A stretch of DNA of 64,000 nucleotides from Armatimonadota bacterium (GCA_041690135.1 JAWLHY010000003.1:320001-384000); one strand, 5' to 3'. Shown: positions 45,095 through 55,162, numbered from the stretch's first letter. The notes: generated by a model from the sequence alone, not told the origin. A program made the numbers and translations.

Positions 45095-46960
45095 CTACGG
45101 CACTTCGTCCTGGATCTTCGCCGTGATGAAGATCGTGACTTCGGACTTTCGGTTGGTGTTGTTCCGATGGCGGAAGAGCTGCCCGAAGAACGGCAGGTCG
45201 CCGAGAATCGGCACCTTGGTCAGGATCTTCAGTTCCTCTTCCCGAAGAAGACCGCCAATGGCGAACGTTTCGCCGTCCTTCACCCGGATGATCGTTTCCG
45301 CTTCCCGGCTGGTCGTCACCGGAATGTCCCGGTTGCGCCCGGTGAAGTCGGTCACGGCACTCACCACCGGGTGGACGCGCAGGATGATCTCGCCGTTGTC
45401 CGCGATCCGCGGGCGGCAGAGGAGGGCGACCCCGACCGGCACCGTTTCGATGGTGAAGGTCAACACCCCCTGGTCCTGGCTCGCCAGGCGTTCATACCGC
45501 AGGATGTCGCCGATGAAGACGCTGGCCTCCTCACCGTCCACCACGGCGATGTTCGGGCGCGCCAGGGTCTTCGCCTTCCGCTGCTCTTCCATCGCTTCCA
45601 GGGTGATCTGCCAGTTGAACGGCAGGCGGGACCAACCGCCGAACTGATAGGGCTTGCGGCTGTTGCGGCCGGTCTCCGCGAAGCCCAGGTCCGACCATTC
45701 GTAGAGGAAGCCTAACTGCTTGGTCGTCTGGGGGAAGATATCCACCACGCGGGCCTCGATGATCACCTGCTTGGGCGCGATGTCTTGCGACACGAGGACC
45801 TGGGTCGCCTGCTCGATCTCTTCCGAAGTTCCCACCATGATGATGGTGCGCGACCGGGCGCCCGCGTTTCCGCCCGTGGCGCTGGCGCTGGAAGACTGAC
45901 CGTCCGGACCCTGAACCGAAGCGCTGGCGGAGGCCTGCGCCTGTCCGGCCCCGCCCGGCCCGCCCTGGAGGCCTGCCTGGCTAAATGCCTTCTCCGTGTC
46001 GATTGACAGGGGCTGGAACCGCGCGCGGTCCGGCGAGTAGGACTCGAAGCCCGGCTGGATCGTCAGACCGGGGAAGAGACCCTTCAACACGGAAGTCGCG
46101 GTAGCCGGGTTCAAGTACTTGACGTTGTAGGCCCGGACGATCCGCTGCCGCTCGACCTGGGGCACCACGTCCAGCGCTCCCAGGAGCTTGCTGGCGAACT
46201 TCTGCTCGTCATCCGACCCCTCGAGCACGAGAGTCTTTTCCAGAGGGGTGACCCGAAGTCCGGGCACCGCCTTGGCAAGCGACTCCATCAGCATCTCGGA
46301 CTTGACGAACTTGACCTGGTAGGTCTCCTTGACCATCACCGGCTTGGGCGGAGGCGCCACCGGCACCGGAGGCGGGGGCACGTCGGCCTCGGCGATCATC
46401 TTGAGGGCGGCCTGCACGTCATCCCGGGTCCCGGAGAGCACGACGATGTTCGCCTTGCCGGGCGCATCCACGGTAAGGTAGGGATAGGCGGCCGTCAGGA
46501 CTTCCTTCACGTCGGCGGCCGTCACGTGCTTCGGAACCACGGTTTCCTTCACGCCGTTGCGAGCCACCATGGTCTTCAGTTCGGTCGTGCTGCCGAGGAA
46601 GTACGTTTCTTCCAGATTGCGCACGTCGGACCCGACCGCGGCGGCCACCTTACGCAGGGCTTCCTCCAACGGGAGATCGACCAGCCGGACGGTGACCGTT
46701 CCCTTCACGCTGGGCATCAGCACCACGTTGACGCCGCTCTGAATCGAGAGCGCCTTGGCCACGTCGTTGATGTCCGCCTGGACAAAGTCCAGCTTGACTT
46801 TGCGCTCGCCCTGGGCGACTGCCGCTCCCGCCGGTGTGGCGGCTCCGTTCTGGGCCGCCTGGGCCGCCGGAACCACCAGGCCGAGCGCCAACAACTGGGC
46901 GAACGCCAGCGCGGCCGTACTGCGCGAGTATTTCTTCGATAGGCTCGATGATTGGCTCAT
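45095..46960 (-). CDS. Secretin (PilQ/GspD family) with STN and secretin-N domains
   Basis: LDFVQADI..V; QVIIEARVV; LARPNI..DGEEA; DGETFAIGGL; KVPILGDLP..G.LFR. Confidence 0.9.
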   Translation of the reverse strand: MSQSSSLSKKYSRSTAALAFAQLLALGLVVPAAQAAQNGAATPAGAAVAQGERKVKLDFVQADINDVAKALSIQSGVNVVLMPSVKGTVTVRLVDLPLEEALRKVAAAVGSDVRNLEETYFLGSTTELKTMVARNGVKETVVPKHVTAADVKEVLTAAYPYLTVDAPGKANIVVLSGTRDDVQAALKMIAEADVPPPPVPVAPPPKPVMVKETYQVKFVKSEMLMESLAKAVPGLRVTPLEKTLVLEGSDDEQKFASKLLGALDVVPQVERQRIVRAYNVKYLNPATATSVLKGLFPGLTIQPGFESYSPDRARFQPLSIDTEKAFSQAGLQGGPGGAGQAQASASASVQGPDGQSSSASATGGNAGARSRTIIMVGTSEEIEQATQVLVSQDIAPKQVIIEARVVDIFPQTTKQLGFLYEWSDLGFAETGRNSRKPYQFGGWSRLPFNWQITLEAMEEQRKAKTLARPNIAVVDGEEASVFIGDILRYERLASQDQGVLTFTIETVPVGVALLCRPRIADNGEIILRVHPVVSAVTDFTGRNRDIPVTTSREAETIIRVKDGETFAIGGLLREEELKILTKVPILGDLPFFGQLFRHRNNTNRKSEVTIFITAKIQDEVP

Positions 46961-47733
46961 TGAGAACTGCCTCCTTGAATGGGGACTTCGACCCGCTCCT
47001 CGCCCAGCTTCAACACGGCCGAGCGTTCTTTGATCTCTTCCAAACGCCAGCTATCGGCAACCCGGTCGCCGATCTTGAGGAAATGGGATTGGCCACCGTA
47101 GCGGATCACCGCCAGCGGGGGCTCTCCCTGAATGATTCCGGTCAGCGCCAACTCCTCCACCCGCGGTCCGGCGGGAAGCGGCGCGGGGCTCGGCGTCGGG
47201 TTGACTGCCGGCCTGGGAGCCGCTGCCGGACGACCCACCGGAGTCGCAAAAGTAAACTCCCCGGGGTTTGCCGGCTGAATGGCCACCGGACCCCCGGACG
47301 GCCCAGACCCGACAGCCGCTCCGAGCGTCGGCGTGGATTCCGCCTGGGTAGGTTCAAACGGGTCCGCCGGCGGGGTCACGGTGACGGCACGCAGGCGCAG
47401 CCGCCGCACCGGGGCCACGATTTCGCCCGTTACCGCCGGGAGCGCCTCCGCCAGAGCGGTCGCCTCCGCGGAGGCACCGCTCACCGCCCCTTCCTGCGAG
47501 GCGAGGAGGGGCTCGGAAGCCCAGGGCGCCACGTGGCTCAATGGGGTTTCCCCCGGGAGGGGACCGGCGGGAGCTCCCGTCCGGTTCAGGAGGAACCCCG
47601 AAACCCCGCCCACCAGCATCACTCCTGCTACCAGGATCCCGAAACCGCGCGGCAAGCCGTTAGCCGCCGGTACCGCTGGTCGGGCTTCCGGCGCCGGTTC
47701 GGCCGAAATACCGGCCCGTCTTAATCGGCTCAT
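46957..47733 (-). CDS. PilP/GspC-like membrane-anchored protein
   Basis: TM helix, ADPF.P, Pro-rich linker and C-terminal LTGII.G...AVI....F.K.GD.V. ATGA overlaps on both sides. Confidence 0.65.
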   Translation of the reverse strand: MSRLRRAGISAEPAPEARPAVPAANGLPRGFGILVAGVMLVGGVSGFLLNRTGAPAGPLPGETPLSHVAPWASEPLLASQEGAVSGASAEATALAEALPAVTGEIVAPVRRLRLRAVTVTPPADPFEPTQAESTPTLGAAVGSGPSGGPVAIQPANPGEFTFATPVGRPAAAPRPAVNPTPSPAPLPAGPRVEELALTGIIQGEPPLAVIRYGGQSHFLKIGDRVADSWRLEEIKERSAVLKLGEERVEVPIQGGSSQ

Positions 47734-48503
47734 TTGTCGCTCTCCACAGACACTTCCACCGGAACTTCGAGGGTATTCGTCGCCAGGGGTCCCCTCCCCA
47801 AGGGGGCTTTGGGCTTTTCGGCGGGATCTTCCACGACGAACACCGTGGCCCAGACCTCCGCTCGCACCTGTCGTTGGCCCGCCGCACTGTTGAGCTGGGT
47901 GGCGCCCGATCCCGCAGTGGCCGGTTTGCCCTGGAGGGGCACGAGCGACCATCGGTCCGGAATAAACAGTAACTGCTGCTCGCCAAGGGAAGCGACCGAG
48001 CGGAAGACGCTGTCGAAACTTCCCGTAAGCAGCACGCGCACGCTGCGCGGCCGGATCTCTCCGGCGGCGGCCGGCTGCTCTCCCGACCACTCCGCAGCGT
48101 GGAGAGTCAGGCTGCGCCAGCGGGGGGAAGGCCGGTTGGTCACCTTGACGCCCAGGACCTGCGCCCCCTCCCGCCGGGCGACGGCCTGCACCAGCGTCGG
48201 ATAACCGGCCGCTTCTTCCGGGAGCATCACCCGTCTTCCCTCCTGGTCCCAGGAGCGGAGGCGACCCTGCATGCCGCGTACCACATCAAGCCGCTCGCTC
48301 AGTTCCTTCTCCCGTGACTGCTGGATCTCAAAGGCGGTGCGGGCTCCGTCCATGGCGATCCACTGCGGCCAAACCATCAGAGCGCCGCCCGCCGTGGCAA
48401 AGGTCACGGCCAACGACACGTGGTACAGGGCGCGGGCCCCGCGGGACGGACGCCGCGCTGGTGCGACCGACGGATTTCGATTTCCGGTGAATGCGCTACG
48501 CAC
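47730..48503 (-). CDS. PilO/GspM-like protein
   Basis: TM helix, coiled coil and V.LTGSF..V...V..L. Position in the operon supports the call. Confidence 0.55.
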   Translation of the reverse strand: MRSAFTGNRNPSVAPARRPSRGARALYHVSLAVTFATAGGALMVWPQWIAMDGARTAFEIQQSREKELSERLDVVRGMQGRLRSWDQEGRRVMLPEEAAGYPTLVQAVARREGAQVLGVKVTNRPSPRWRSLTLHAAEWSGEQPAAAGEIRPRSVRVLLTGSFDSVFRSVASLGEQQLLFIPDRWSLVPLQGKPATAGSGATQLNSAAGQRQVRAEVWATVFVVEDPAEKPKAPLGRGPLATNTLEVPVEVSVESDK

Positions 48504-48504
48504 G

Positions 48505-49062
48505 TCAGTCTCCCGTCATCCGGCCGACGACCTGGCGCGCCTGGGTAGGCTGCACCCCGGTCGGGAGGGCGGCGAAATCAACATAGGGCGACTCCCGCAG
48601 GCTCTGGGCATAGGTTGAGACCAGTTGGGGCTGCTGCGCGCTCACCTCTACCCGAAAGCGGGGGCCGTCACCACTCATCCGCACCGCCCACAATCCCCCA
48701 GGACGGCGGCGGCTCATCTCACCGACTACCGTCGCCCAGGGAACGATCGGTCGGGCCTGAACTTCGGCCACATACCGATCGGCGGCTCGCCGGAGCTGGG
48801 TATGGGCGGTACGCCGCGATTCCACAAACTCCAGGGTGGCCTTGATCTGCCGACTGCGGTCGAGAGCATCCTCGCGCTGGCGGTCGTAGGCCTTTGCTTG
48901 CTCGCGAAAACTCAAGGCGACCGGAACGCACACAGCGACCGTCAGGATCAGCATTCCGGCGCTGATTGCGGCGTCCACGGGACCGAAGACCCAGCCGCCC
49001 GTTGCGGCCGGAACCGTCTCCGGTTCACGGGTCGATTCTCGATGGAGTGCCCAACGCTTCAT
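48505..49062 (-). CDS. PilN/GspL-like protein
   Basis: TM helix, coiled coil, W..V..E..R..P.GLW and Y..SL.ESPY. GGAGG SD before MKRW. Confidence 0.6.
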   Translation of the reverse strand: MKRWALHRESTREPETVPAATGGWVFGPVDAAISAGMLILTVAVCVPVALSFREQAKAYDRQREDALDRSRQIKATLEFVESRRTAHTQLRRAADRYVAEVQARPIVPWATVVGEMSRRRPGGLWAVRMSGDGPRFRVEVSAQQPQLVSTYAQSLRESPYVDFAALPTGVQPTQARQVVGRMTGD

Positions 49063-49676
49063 CCATACCTCCCGGGGGGTTGAGGAAACAACCCCTGGCG
49101 GCCCAAACCTGCAGGCCTCTGGCTCAGGCGGTAATTCTGGCAGCCTTTCCCAAAGGCTGAAGAGCGAGAATCGATGGGGGCGATGGATGGAAGGAAACAG
49201 CGGGGCCGGCAAGCAAAGGAAGGATGCTTGCATCCTTGCTTAATCCTGCTTTTGGATGAAGCCGGCCCGACCATTGTACTAGGGAGTGGGACGGCCCACG
49301 CGCCGAAGTGACCACGAGGTGCGTGGGGTTACTGCCAACGGGATGCCTGCCAGTTAAGCGGTCAACTCTGATTCGGCGGTTGATGCGCCTGGAACCGGAT
49401 GCGCAGCGGACCGTCCACAGGTCGTGCTTTCGGTCTAGATGAAAAGTGCGAATGACTGGCAGTCAAATCTCGTGTATTCTTTCGTAGAATTTATGCGGAT
49501 CGCAGTCTGAGCCCGAGACGACCGGTGACTGCCCTACCTGTGGCCTACCTGGAACCTATCCGTGGCCTCCCGGCCCAGCGGAGGTGAGGATTGGCGATCG
49601 GGTCGGCAGTCCGTGAATCATTGATTCCGGAAGTATCCGGAACATGAAGAGCAGATCGAATCCTAATCCATAAGCC

Positions 49677-50168
49677 ATGGCGTCCCTAAGTTGCCGCAAA
49701 TGCAACCAGTCGGTGGGCAATAACGCGGACTCCTGTCCCGAGTGCGGGTGCAGGCCTCCGTACGCCTGTTCCGTCTGCCGGAAACCGATGAGTGCGTATG
49801 CGCTGAACTTCAAGCGTTGCCAGAAGTATCCCTATGGCGGCTACTCGCCGGATGGGGATCCCGTTTGTTACGACCACCGGGAGGTCCGCTGCTACTCGTG
49901 CGGTGAGTTGTTCTCCCAGCACCTGATGAAGCGACGGGTGGTCGGAATGCGGGAAGACCGTGTGCTGCGACACGGAATGCGGCCGCGAGTCGAAGAGTTC
50001 TTCGGGTCCTTCTGTCCCCAGTGCGACCGAAGAGGCGAACGCAAGAAGGGAAGCTCGGAGGAGGGGGTGGTCAGCGCCAAAAGCACCGCCCTGGTCCTCT
50101 GCGGCATGTTCGTGGCGGGGTTCGCCGCGCTGTTCTGGGTGTTATTGAACCTGATCAAGTCCAGTTAA
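49677..50168 (+). CDS. Multi-zinc-ribbon protein with a C-terminal TM helix
   Basis: CRKC, CPEC, CSVC, CYDH, CYSC and CPQC motifs, then a hydrophobic C-terminus. Confidence 0.7.
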   Translation: MASLSCRKCNQSVGNNADSCPECGCRPPYACSVCRKPMSAYALNFKRCQKYPYGGYSPDGDPVCYDHREVRCYSCGELFSQHLMKRRVVGMREDRVLRHGMRPRVEEFFGSFCPQCDRRGERKKGSSEEGVVSAKSTALVLCGMFVAGFAALFWVLLNLIKSS

Positions 50169-50194
50169 CGAGGCGCCCTTCGCTCCCGGCTCGG

Positions 50195-51586
50195 TTAGAG
50201 GAGCTCCTCGATCAAGCTTCCCTCGCCGGCGATCTCCCAGGGTCGTCCCTGCGGGTCCAGGAGGGTCGTTCGGGGCGAGATACCCATCTTGTGGTAAAGG
50301 GTGGCGATCAAGTCCAGGGGCCGCAGCGGACGTTCGTCCGGATAGCCGCCGTCGGGCGTGGTCGAGCCGATGACCTGACCGCCACGCACTCCGGCTCCCG
50401 CCGCTACCACGCTCATGGAGTTTCCCCAGTGGTCCCGGCCCAGGTCGGGACCTTCCACCTTGGGGCTGCGGCCGAATTCTCCCATCCAGAGGACCAGGGT
50501 TTCCGCCAGCAAGCCGCGCTCGTGCATATCGGCGAGGAGAGCGCTGAAGCTGCGGTCCAAGGCGGGACAGAGGTGGTCCTTCATGCGGGCAAGGGCACCC
50601 ACGGGGATCCCCTGCAGGTTTCCATGGGTGTCCCAGTTGCCGGTGGAAACCGCTACCACGGGAACGCCATGTTCAACCAACCGGCGTGCCAGAAGGAACG
50701 CCTGTCCGAATCCGTTGCGCCCATAGCGGTCTTTGAGCTTGTCCGGCTCGCTGCTCAGGTCGAACGCGGCACGGGCGGAGCTGGAAGTGACCAGACCGTA
50801 GGCCCGCTGCTGGAAAATGTCCCACTCGGCGGCCGAGGCTTCCTGATCGGCCAGGCGGGTAGCCGCATCCACCTGCCGGGCAAGCCGGCTGCGGCGCTCC
50901 AGGCGGGAGAGATTCAGTCCGGGAGCCAGCGGGAGGTCGTTGAGCACATAGCCACGCTGGTCATCCCCGGTCATCCGCAGCGGAGAATACGCCGGGCCCA
51001 GGCGTTCCGGCTTGTCGTAGTAGACATAGTTGAACCCGCCGATACCGTAGGTCCCGTAGCTCTTGATGCTGATGTTGGTCGGAAGGCCGTTCGCTTGGCT
51101 TCGCTGGAGTTCCAACTGGCGCGCGATTACCGCGCCGAAGTAGGGGGCCGCCTGGGCCGGATTGCCTTGCAAATCGGTGGGGCCGTAGGCATAGCCCGTC
51201 TGCATCCAGTGGTCGGCCGCGGTATGCCCGTTTTCCTTGTGGTAGAGAGAGCGGATGATGGCGTACTTGTCCGCCAACTTCGCCATCTCGGGCAGCCACT
51301 CGTGAATCTGAATGCCGGCTACACGGGTAGGAATGGCCCGCGAAGGACCCCGGTAAGCTTCGGGTGCGTCCGGCTTCGGGTCGAACGTTTCGAAGTGGCT
51401 CGGGCCTCCGCCCATCCAGAGCAAGAGTACGGACTTGGCACGGGCCGGTAGGGATGCGTCGGCCGCGCGAGCGCGCAGGAGCCCAGGAAGAGTGAGCCCG
51501 CCCACACCCAACGCGCCCACTTTGACGAACTCGCGGCGTGTGAGCCCATCGCAGTAGGAATGCCGTCCGCCCCGTATCTCCAGCAT
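50195..51586 (-). CDS. DUF1501 family protein (second subfamily)
   Basis: CDGLTRREF, GGPSHFETFDPKP, ARRLVEHGV, WDTH, GEFGRSP and GRDHW. Confidence 0.92.
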   Translation of the reverse strand: MLEIRGGRHSYCDGLTRREFVKVGALGVGGLTLPGLLRARAADASLPARAKSVLLLWMGGGPSHFETFDPKPDAPEAYRGPSRAIPTRVAGIQIHEWLPEMAKLADKYAIIRSLYHKENGHTAADHWMQTGYAYGPTDLQGNPAQAAPYFGAVIARQLELQRSQANGLPTNISIKSYGTYGIGGFNYVYYDKPERLGPAYSPLRMTGDDQRGYVLNDLPLAPGLNLSRLERRSRLARQVDAATRLADQEASAAEWDIFQQRAYGLVTSSSARAAFDLSSEPDKLKDRYGRNGFGQAFLLARRLVEHGVPVVAVSTGNWDTHGNLQGIPVGALARMKDHLCPALDRSFSALLADMHERGLLAETLVLWMGEFGRSPKVEGPDLGRDHWGNSMSVVAAGAGVRGGQVIGSTTPDGGYPDERPLRPLDLIATLYHKMGISPRTTLLDPQGRPWEIAGEGSLIEELL

Positions 51587-51588
51587 AA

Positions 51589-51634
51589 GACCTCCGGTAG
51601 ATCGCAATGACCGGATCGCGATCTACCGGAGGTC
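51589..51634 (-). promoter_or_regulatory. Perfect 17-bp hairpin sequestering the SD of the DUF1501 gene
   Basis: gacctccggtagatcgc-N12-gcgatctaccggaggtc. On the minus strand the 3' arm contains GGAGG and ends 2 nt before the ATG. Confidence 0.6.
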
Positions 51635-51688
51635 CGACACGGATTCCGGCTCCAGGTTACAACGGGAAGCGCTATCCCTCGAAAGGGA

Positions 51689-52795
51689 TCAGGCGGGTTT
51701 CCAGCCGCGCTCGATCCAGTACTTCTTTTCCGGCTCCGTTAACATCTGGTAGTAGAGCCGGGTGATGATCTTCACGTAGTTCTGGGTCTCGCGATAGGGG
51801 GGAATGCCCTTGTACTTCTTCACGGCGCCCGCGCCCGCGTTATAGCAGGCCAGGGCGAGCTTGATAGCCTGCGGAGAGACCTCGCCCTTGGACGACATAT
51901 TCTGGATATGGCGGCTCAACAGGCGGGTGCTGCCTTCCAGGTTCTGGCGGATGTCGAAGGCATCTCCCACGCCCAGATCACTGGCGGTGCCGGGCATCAA
52001 CTGACCCAGCCCCATGGCTCCGGCGGGGGAGACGGCATTCTGATTGAACCGGCTCTCCACGGCAATAACAGCCATTACCAGCCGCGGGTCGAGACCATAG
52101 CGCGTGCTATAGTCGATGATGTGACCCGCGATGCTGCGGGCCTGGTCGACCGCGATCCGCCGGTTGAAGTACCGCACCGCTTCGGCATAGACGTTCACGT
52201 AGTAGGCGCGGGTAGGCTTGGCGGTGGGTTTGCGGTAAGCTGACGCACTTACCCCGCGGCTCGAAACCTTGGGGGGTGTCCGCTTGTTCAGGGCCGCGGC
52301 CCGCTTTTTCTCCGCTTCCTTCCGCTTCGCTTCCGCCAGGGCCGCGCGAGTGATCTCCGCCAGTTCCGCTTCCTTGTCCTTGACCACGGACACGAGCTCC
52401 AGGGAGCCCGTGGTCTTCTCCGCATTCGTCACGACCTTCGACAGGAGGCGGACCGTGGTACCTACATCCAGGAAAGGCCAATCCGTCAGCGCCTTGCCCG
52501 GCGGCAGCGCAACCGCCACGCTTTCTGCTCCCGCCTCGCCGGACCCGATGAGCAGGGTGGTGTGTCCGTCCGCATCGATCGTGGCGGTGATCAGCCCCCG
52601 CACCTCCAGCAGCTTACCGGCAAACGCTTGCGGCTGGGTCTGCACTTCGAGAATGCTGAACTCGGGCAGCACCTGCCCCTGGTCGCGGACCTTAAAGTAG
52701 GCATCGGCCTGCGGGTGAGGGCTGGCCTTGTCGGCGGCTACCGGCATGGCGGCCAACAGGACGGCCGCCGTCAAGACGGGCAGAAGGAATCGCAT
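51689..52795 (-). CDS. Lytic transglycosylase (SLT domain) with an N-terminal OB-like region
   Basis: Signal peptide; VIAVESRF, AVSPAGAMGLGQLMPGTA, YNAG and PPYRETQNYV. Confidence 0.9.
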   Translation of the reverse strand: MRFLLPVLTAAVLLAAMPVAADKASPHPQADAYFKVRDQGQVLPEFSILEVQTQPQAFAGKLLEVRGLITATIDADGHTTLLIGSGEAGAESVAVALPPGKALTDWPFLDVGTTVRLLSKVVTNAEKTTGSLELVSVVKDKEAELAEITRAALAEAKRKEAEKKRAAALNKRTPPKVSSRGVSASAYRKPTAKPTRAYYVNVYAEAVRYFNRRIAVDQARSIAGHIIDYSTRYGLDPRLVMAVIAVESRFNQNAVSPAGAMGLGQLMPGTASDLGVGDAFDIRQNLEGSTRLLSRHIQNMSSKGEVSPQAIKLALACYNAGAGAVKKYKGIPPYRETQNYVKIITRLYYQMLTEPEKKYWIERGWKPA

Positions 52796-52955
52796 GCAGG
52801 GACCCCCGGCGGAACAACGCGCGCTCCCTTCCGATCCGTGGAAGCGCTCCGCAGTGAATGATGGGCAGATTGTGCCGGATCGAAACCCCATTACTGGGGT
52901 TCGATCGAATCACAACCGTTTGCCATTTTAGCCGGGTTCGCTGCCGGCGGCAACT

Positions 52956-53873
52956 TTAAGGGCGGCGACTGGGGGGCGTCGCCGCGATCCGCCGGCGGGT
53001 GGCGGTGCGGGGGGCCTCTTCCGGCGTTTGAAGCGCCATCTCCGCATAGTAGAGGCGGGGCAGGATGCCGTACTCGATGTAGAGCGACTGCTGCTCGATC
53101 AGGAAGTAGCGCCGACCCAGGCGAAGTGCCGCCTCCGCGGTGGTTCCGGTCCCCCCGAACGGATCGAGCACCACGTCACCCGGCTGGGTGCAGGCGGAAA
53201 CGATGCGGGAAAGCAGGGGGAGCGGCTTCTCCGTGCTGTGCAGCTTCTTTCCATCGACACCCTTCTTGCGGGCGTCGCCATTGCAGATGGGGAAGCGCCA
53301 CACGCTGCGCATCTGCTTTCCGCCGTTCTCTTCCTTCAGGTCGTGGTAGTTGAAGGTGTACCCGCGCGCATACCGGGCCCCTTTGGTGGCCCAAATCATC
53401 TCTTCGTGCGCGTTACAGAAGCGGACGCCCCGGAACTGCGGCGTGGGGTTCGTCTTCTCCCAGATGACGGTGTTCAACATCCAGTAGCCCAGATCTTGCA
53501 TCAGCGCGCCGATCCGGAACAGGTTGTGGTACATCCCGATCACCCAGAGGGTACCGGTGTCCTTCAGCACCCTCTGGCATTCGGACAGCCAGCCGCGCGT
53601 GAATTCGTCGTACTCCGCGTAGCTGGAGAACTGGTCCCACTCATCGTCCACGGCATCCACCACCGTATTGTTGGGCCGCCGCAACTCGTTCTGGAGCTGC
53701 AAGTAGTACGGGGGATCCGCAAAGATCAGGTCTACGGACCGGTCCGGGAGGTCGGCAAGAACGCGACGACAATCGCCCTGCACCACCCAGCAGCGGTTGA
53801 GATCGTAAACCTGGCCCGGCACGTGACGCACGTAGCGGGGCGAAAGACGGGACATTGGGTTGTTTGTTTGCAT
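52956..53873 (-). CDS. Orphan N6-adenine DNA methyltransferase, beta class (CcrM/M.HinfI-like)
   Basis: DLIFADPPY.LQL..L.RP...VDAVDD.WDQF, W.K.NP.P.FRG.RF.NAHE, QMRS.W..PIC.G, H.T.KP and LDPF.GTGTT. Confidence 0.88.
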   Translation of the reverse strand: MQTNNPMSRLSPRYVRHVPGQVYDLNRCWVVQGDCRRVLADLPDRSVDLIFADPPYYLQLQNELRRPNNTVVDAVDDEWDQFSSYAEYDEFTRGWLSECQRVLKDTGTLWVIGMYHNLFRIGALMQDLGYWMLNTVIWEKTNPTPQFRGVRFCNAHEEMIWATKGARYARGYTFNYHDLKEENGGKQMRSVWRFPICNGDARKKGVDGKKLHSTEKPLPLLSRIVSACTQPGDVVLDPFGGTGTTAEAALRLGRRYFLIEQQSLYIEYGILPRLYYAEMALQTPEEAPRTATRRRIAATPPSRRP

Positions 53874-53946
53874 GGCAGTTCCACCATGACTGTCGGTCAA
53901 GGATTCCCGCCAGCCACAGGGGAATTGCGCTGCAGCGCGGCGCGCG

Positions 53947-54447
53947 CTATTCGGCCCAGAACTGCTCGACTTCCTGAGCAAGTGCCAGCTGGCGGGTAAC
54001 CCAGCTTTCCATGGCACGTACCTTTTCCTCCCGCATTCCAAACGCGGATGCGAGCCGGCCGACGAATTCGTTCTCTTCGGGGCTGAAATCGTTATCGGCG
54101 TGGCCGACACCGATGATTTCCAGCATGACGACGGAGCGGGCTTGCTCGGTATTAAAGAAAGACGCCAGGTCTTCAATATCGCTTCCCGAAAGATCCGGGT
54201 CGGCGGGCGCTGCGGCTTCGACTTCCGCTTCCGGCGCTTCCGAGTCTTCGTCCCCGATGTGGAAGAGGCGATCCAGTTCCGCGGCGAGGTGGCCGTCGGC
54301 GGGACCGAAACTCTGTCCCGTCTCCGCATACATCAGTTCCAGCAGATTCTGCTCTTCGTCCGCGAGGTGGCGATCGGCCTCGATGAACTGTTTCGCCAGG
54401 GCCAGAAAGGCTTTCTGCTGTGTGTCGTTCAACAGGTGCAGAAACAT
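53947..54447 (-). CDS. TerB-like (tellurite resistance/co-chaperone-like) protein
   Basis: Two AD......E motifs (EADRHLADEE and ADNDFSPEE). GGAGGAG SD. Confidence 0.7.
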   Translation of the reverse strand: MFLHLLNDTQQKAFLALAKQFIEADRHLADEEQNLLELMYAETGQSFGPADGHLAAELDRLFHIGDEDSEAPEAEVEAAAPADPDLSGSDIEDLASFFNTEQARSVVMLEIIGVGHADNDFSPEENEFVGRLASAFGMREEKVRAMESWVTRQLALAQEVEQFWAE

Positions 54448-54781
54448 CTAATTCTCTCCTCCGCGTCCACCCGTTCCGTAAGCCCGCTTCTCGCCTGGGG
54501 CATTTGCTGAAGCGATCGGGGCCCACTCCAAACCGGCCCGTGGTCGACCGCCTTTCGGCTAGACAGGCCTGGATAGTATACCTCTACCAGGGAGGTACCT
54601 GGGCAGTTTACCGGTCCTCCAGCCGCACACGCCACCGGCGAGTTTGCCGCGGACTTGCTGCGGTCCCATGTCCTCGACTAGAATGTTTGCCTGGGGGAGG
54701 CTCAAGCCCAGCCGGGCGGGAATGCCGAACCTTACTGCGCCCCCAATACCGGAACAAGCCGGGACAGGAAGGACCCGATCG

Positions 54782-55162
54782 ATGCCGCTACGCATTCTCG
54801 CGATCGATGATGAAGCCAACGTGCGCCGGATCGTGCAGGTGATCCTCGCCCGCGCAGGGCATCAGGTCACGCTGGCCACCGATGGCGTTGAGGGTCTGGA
54901 AAAAGTCCGACAGGAACACCCCGATCTGGTGGTGCTGGACGTGATGATGCCGCACATGGACGGGTTCGAGATGCTGAAGCGCATGAAGGCGGACCCGGAG
55001 ATCGCCGAGATCAAGGTCATCATGCTCACCGCTCGCGCCCAGGATGCCGACGTCTTCGAAGGCGAGCGCCTGGGCGCCGATCTCTACCTCACGAAACCGT
55101 TCAATCCCAACGAGCTCCTACAGGCCGTGGATCAGGTTTTCGCCCCGGATGAAACCGTCTGA
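54782..55162 (+). CDS. Single-domain response regulator (receiver)
   Basis: ILAIDDE, PDLVVLDVMMPHMDG, MLTA and YLTKPF. Confidence 0.92.
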   Translation: MPLRILAIDDEANVRRIVQVILARAGHQVTLATDGVEGLEKVRQEHPDLVVLDVMMPHMDGFEMLKRMKADPEIAEIKVIMLTARAQDADVFEGERLGADLYLTKPFNPNELLQAVDQVFAPDETV

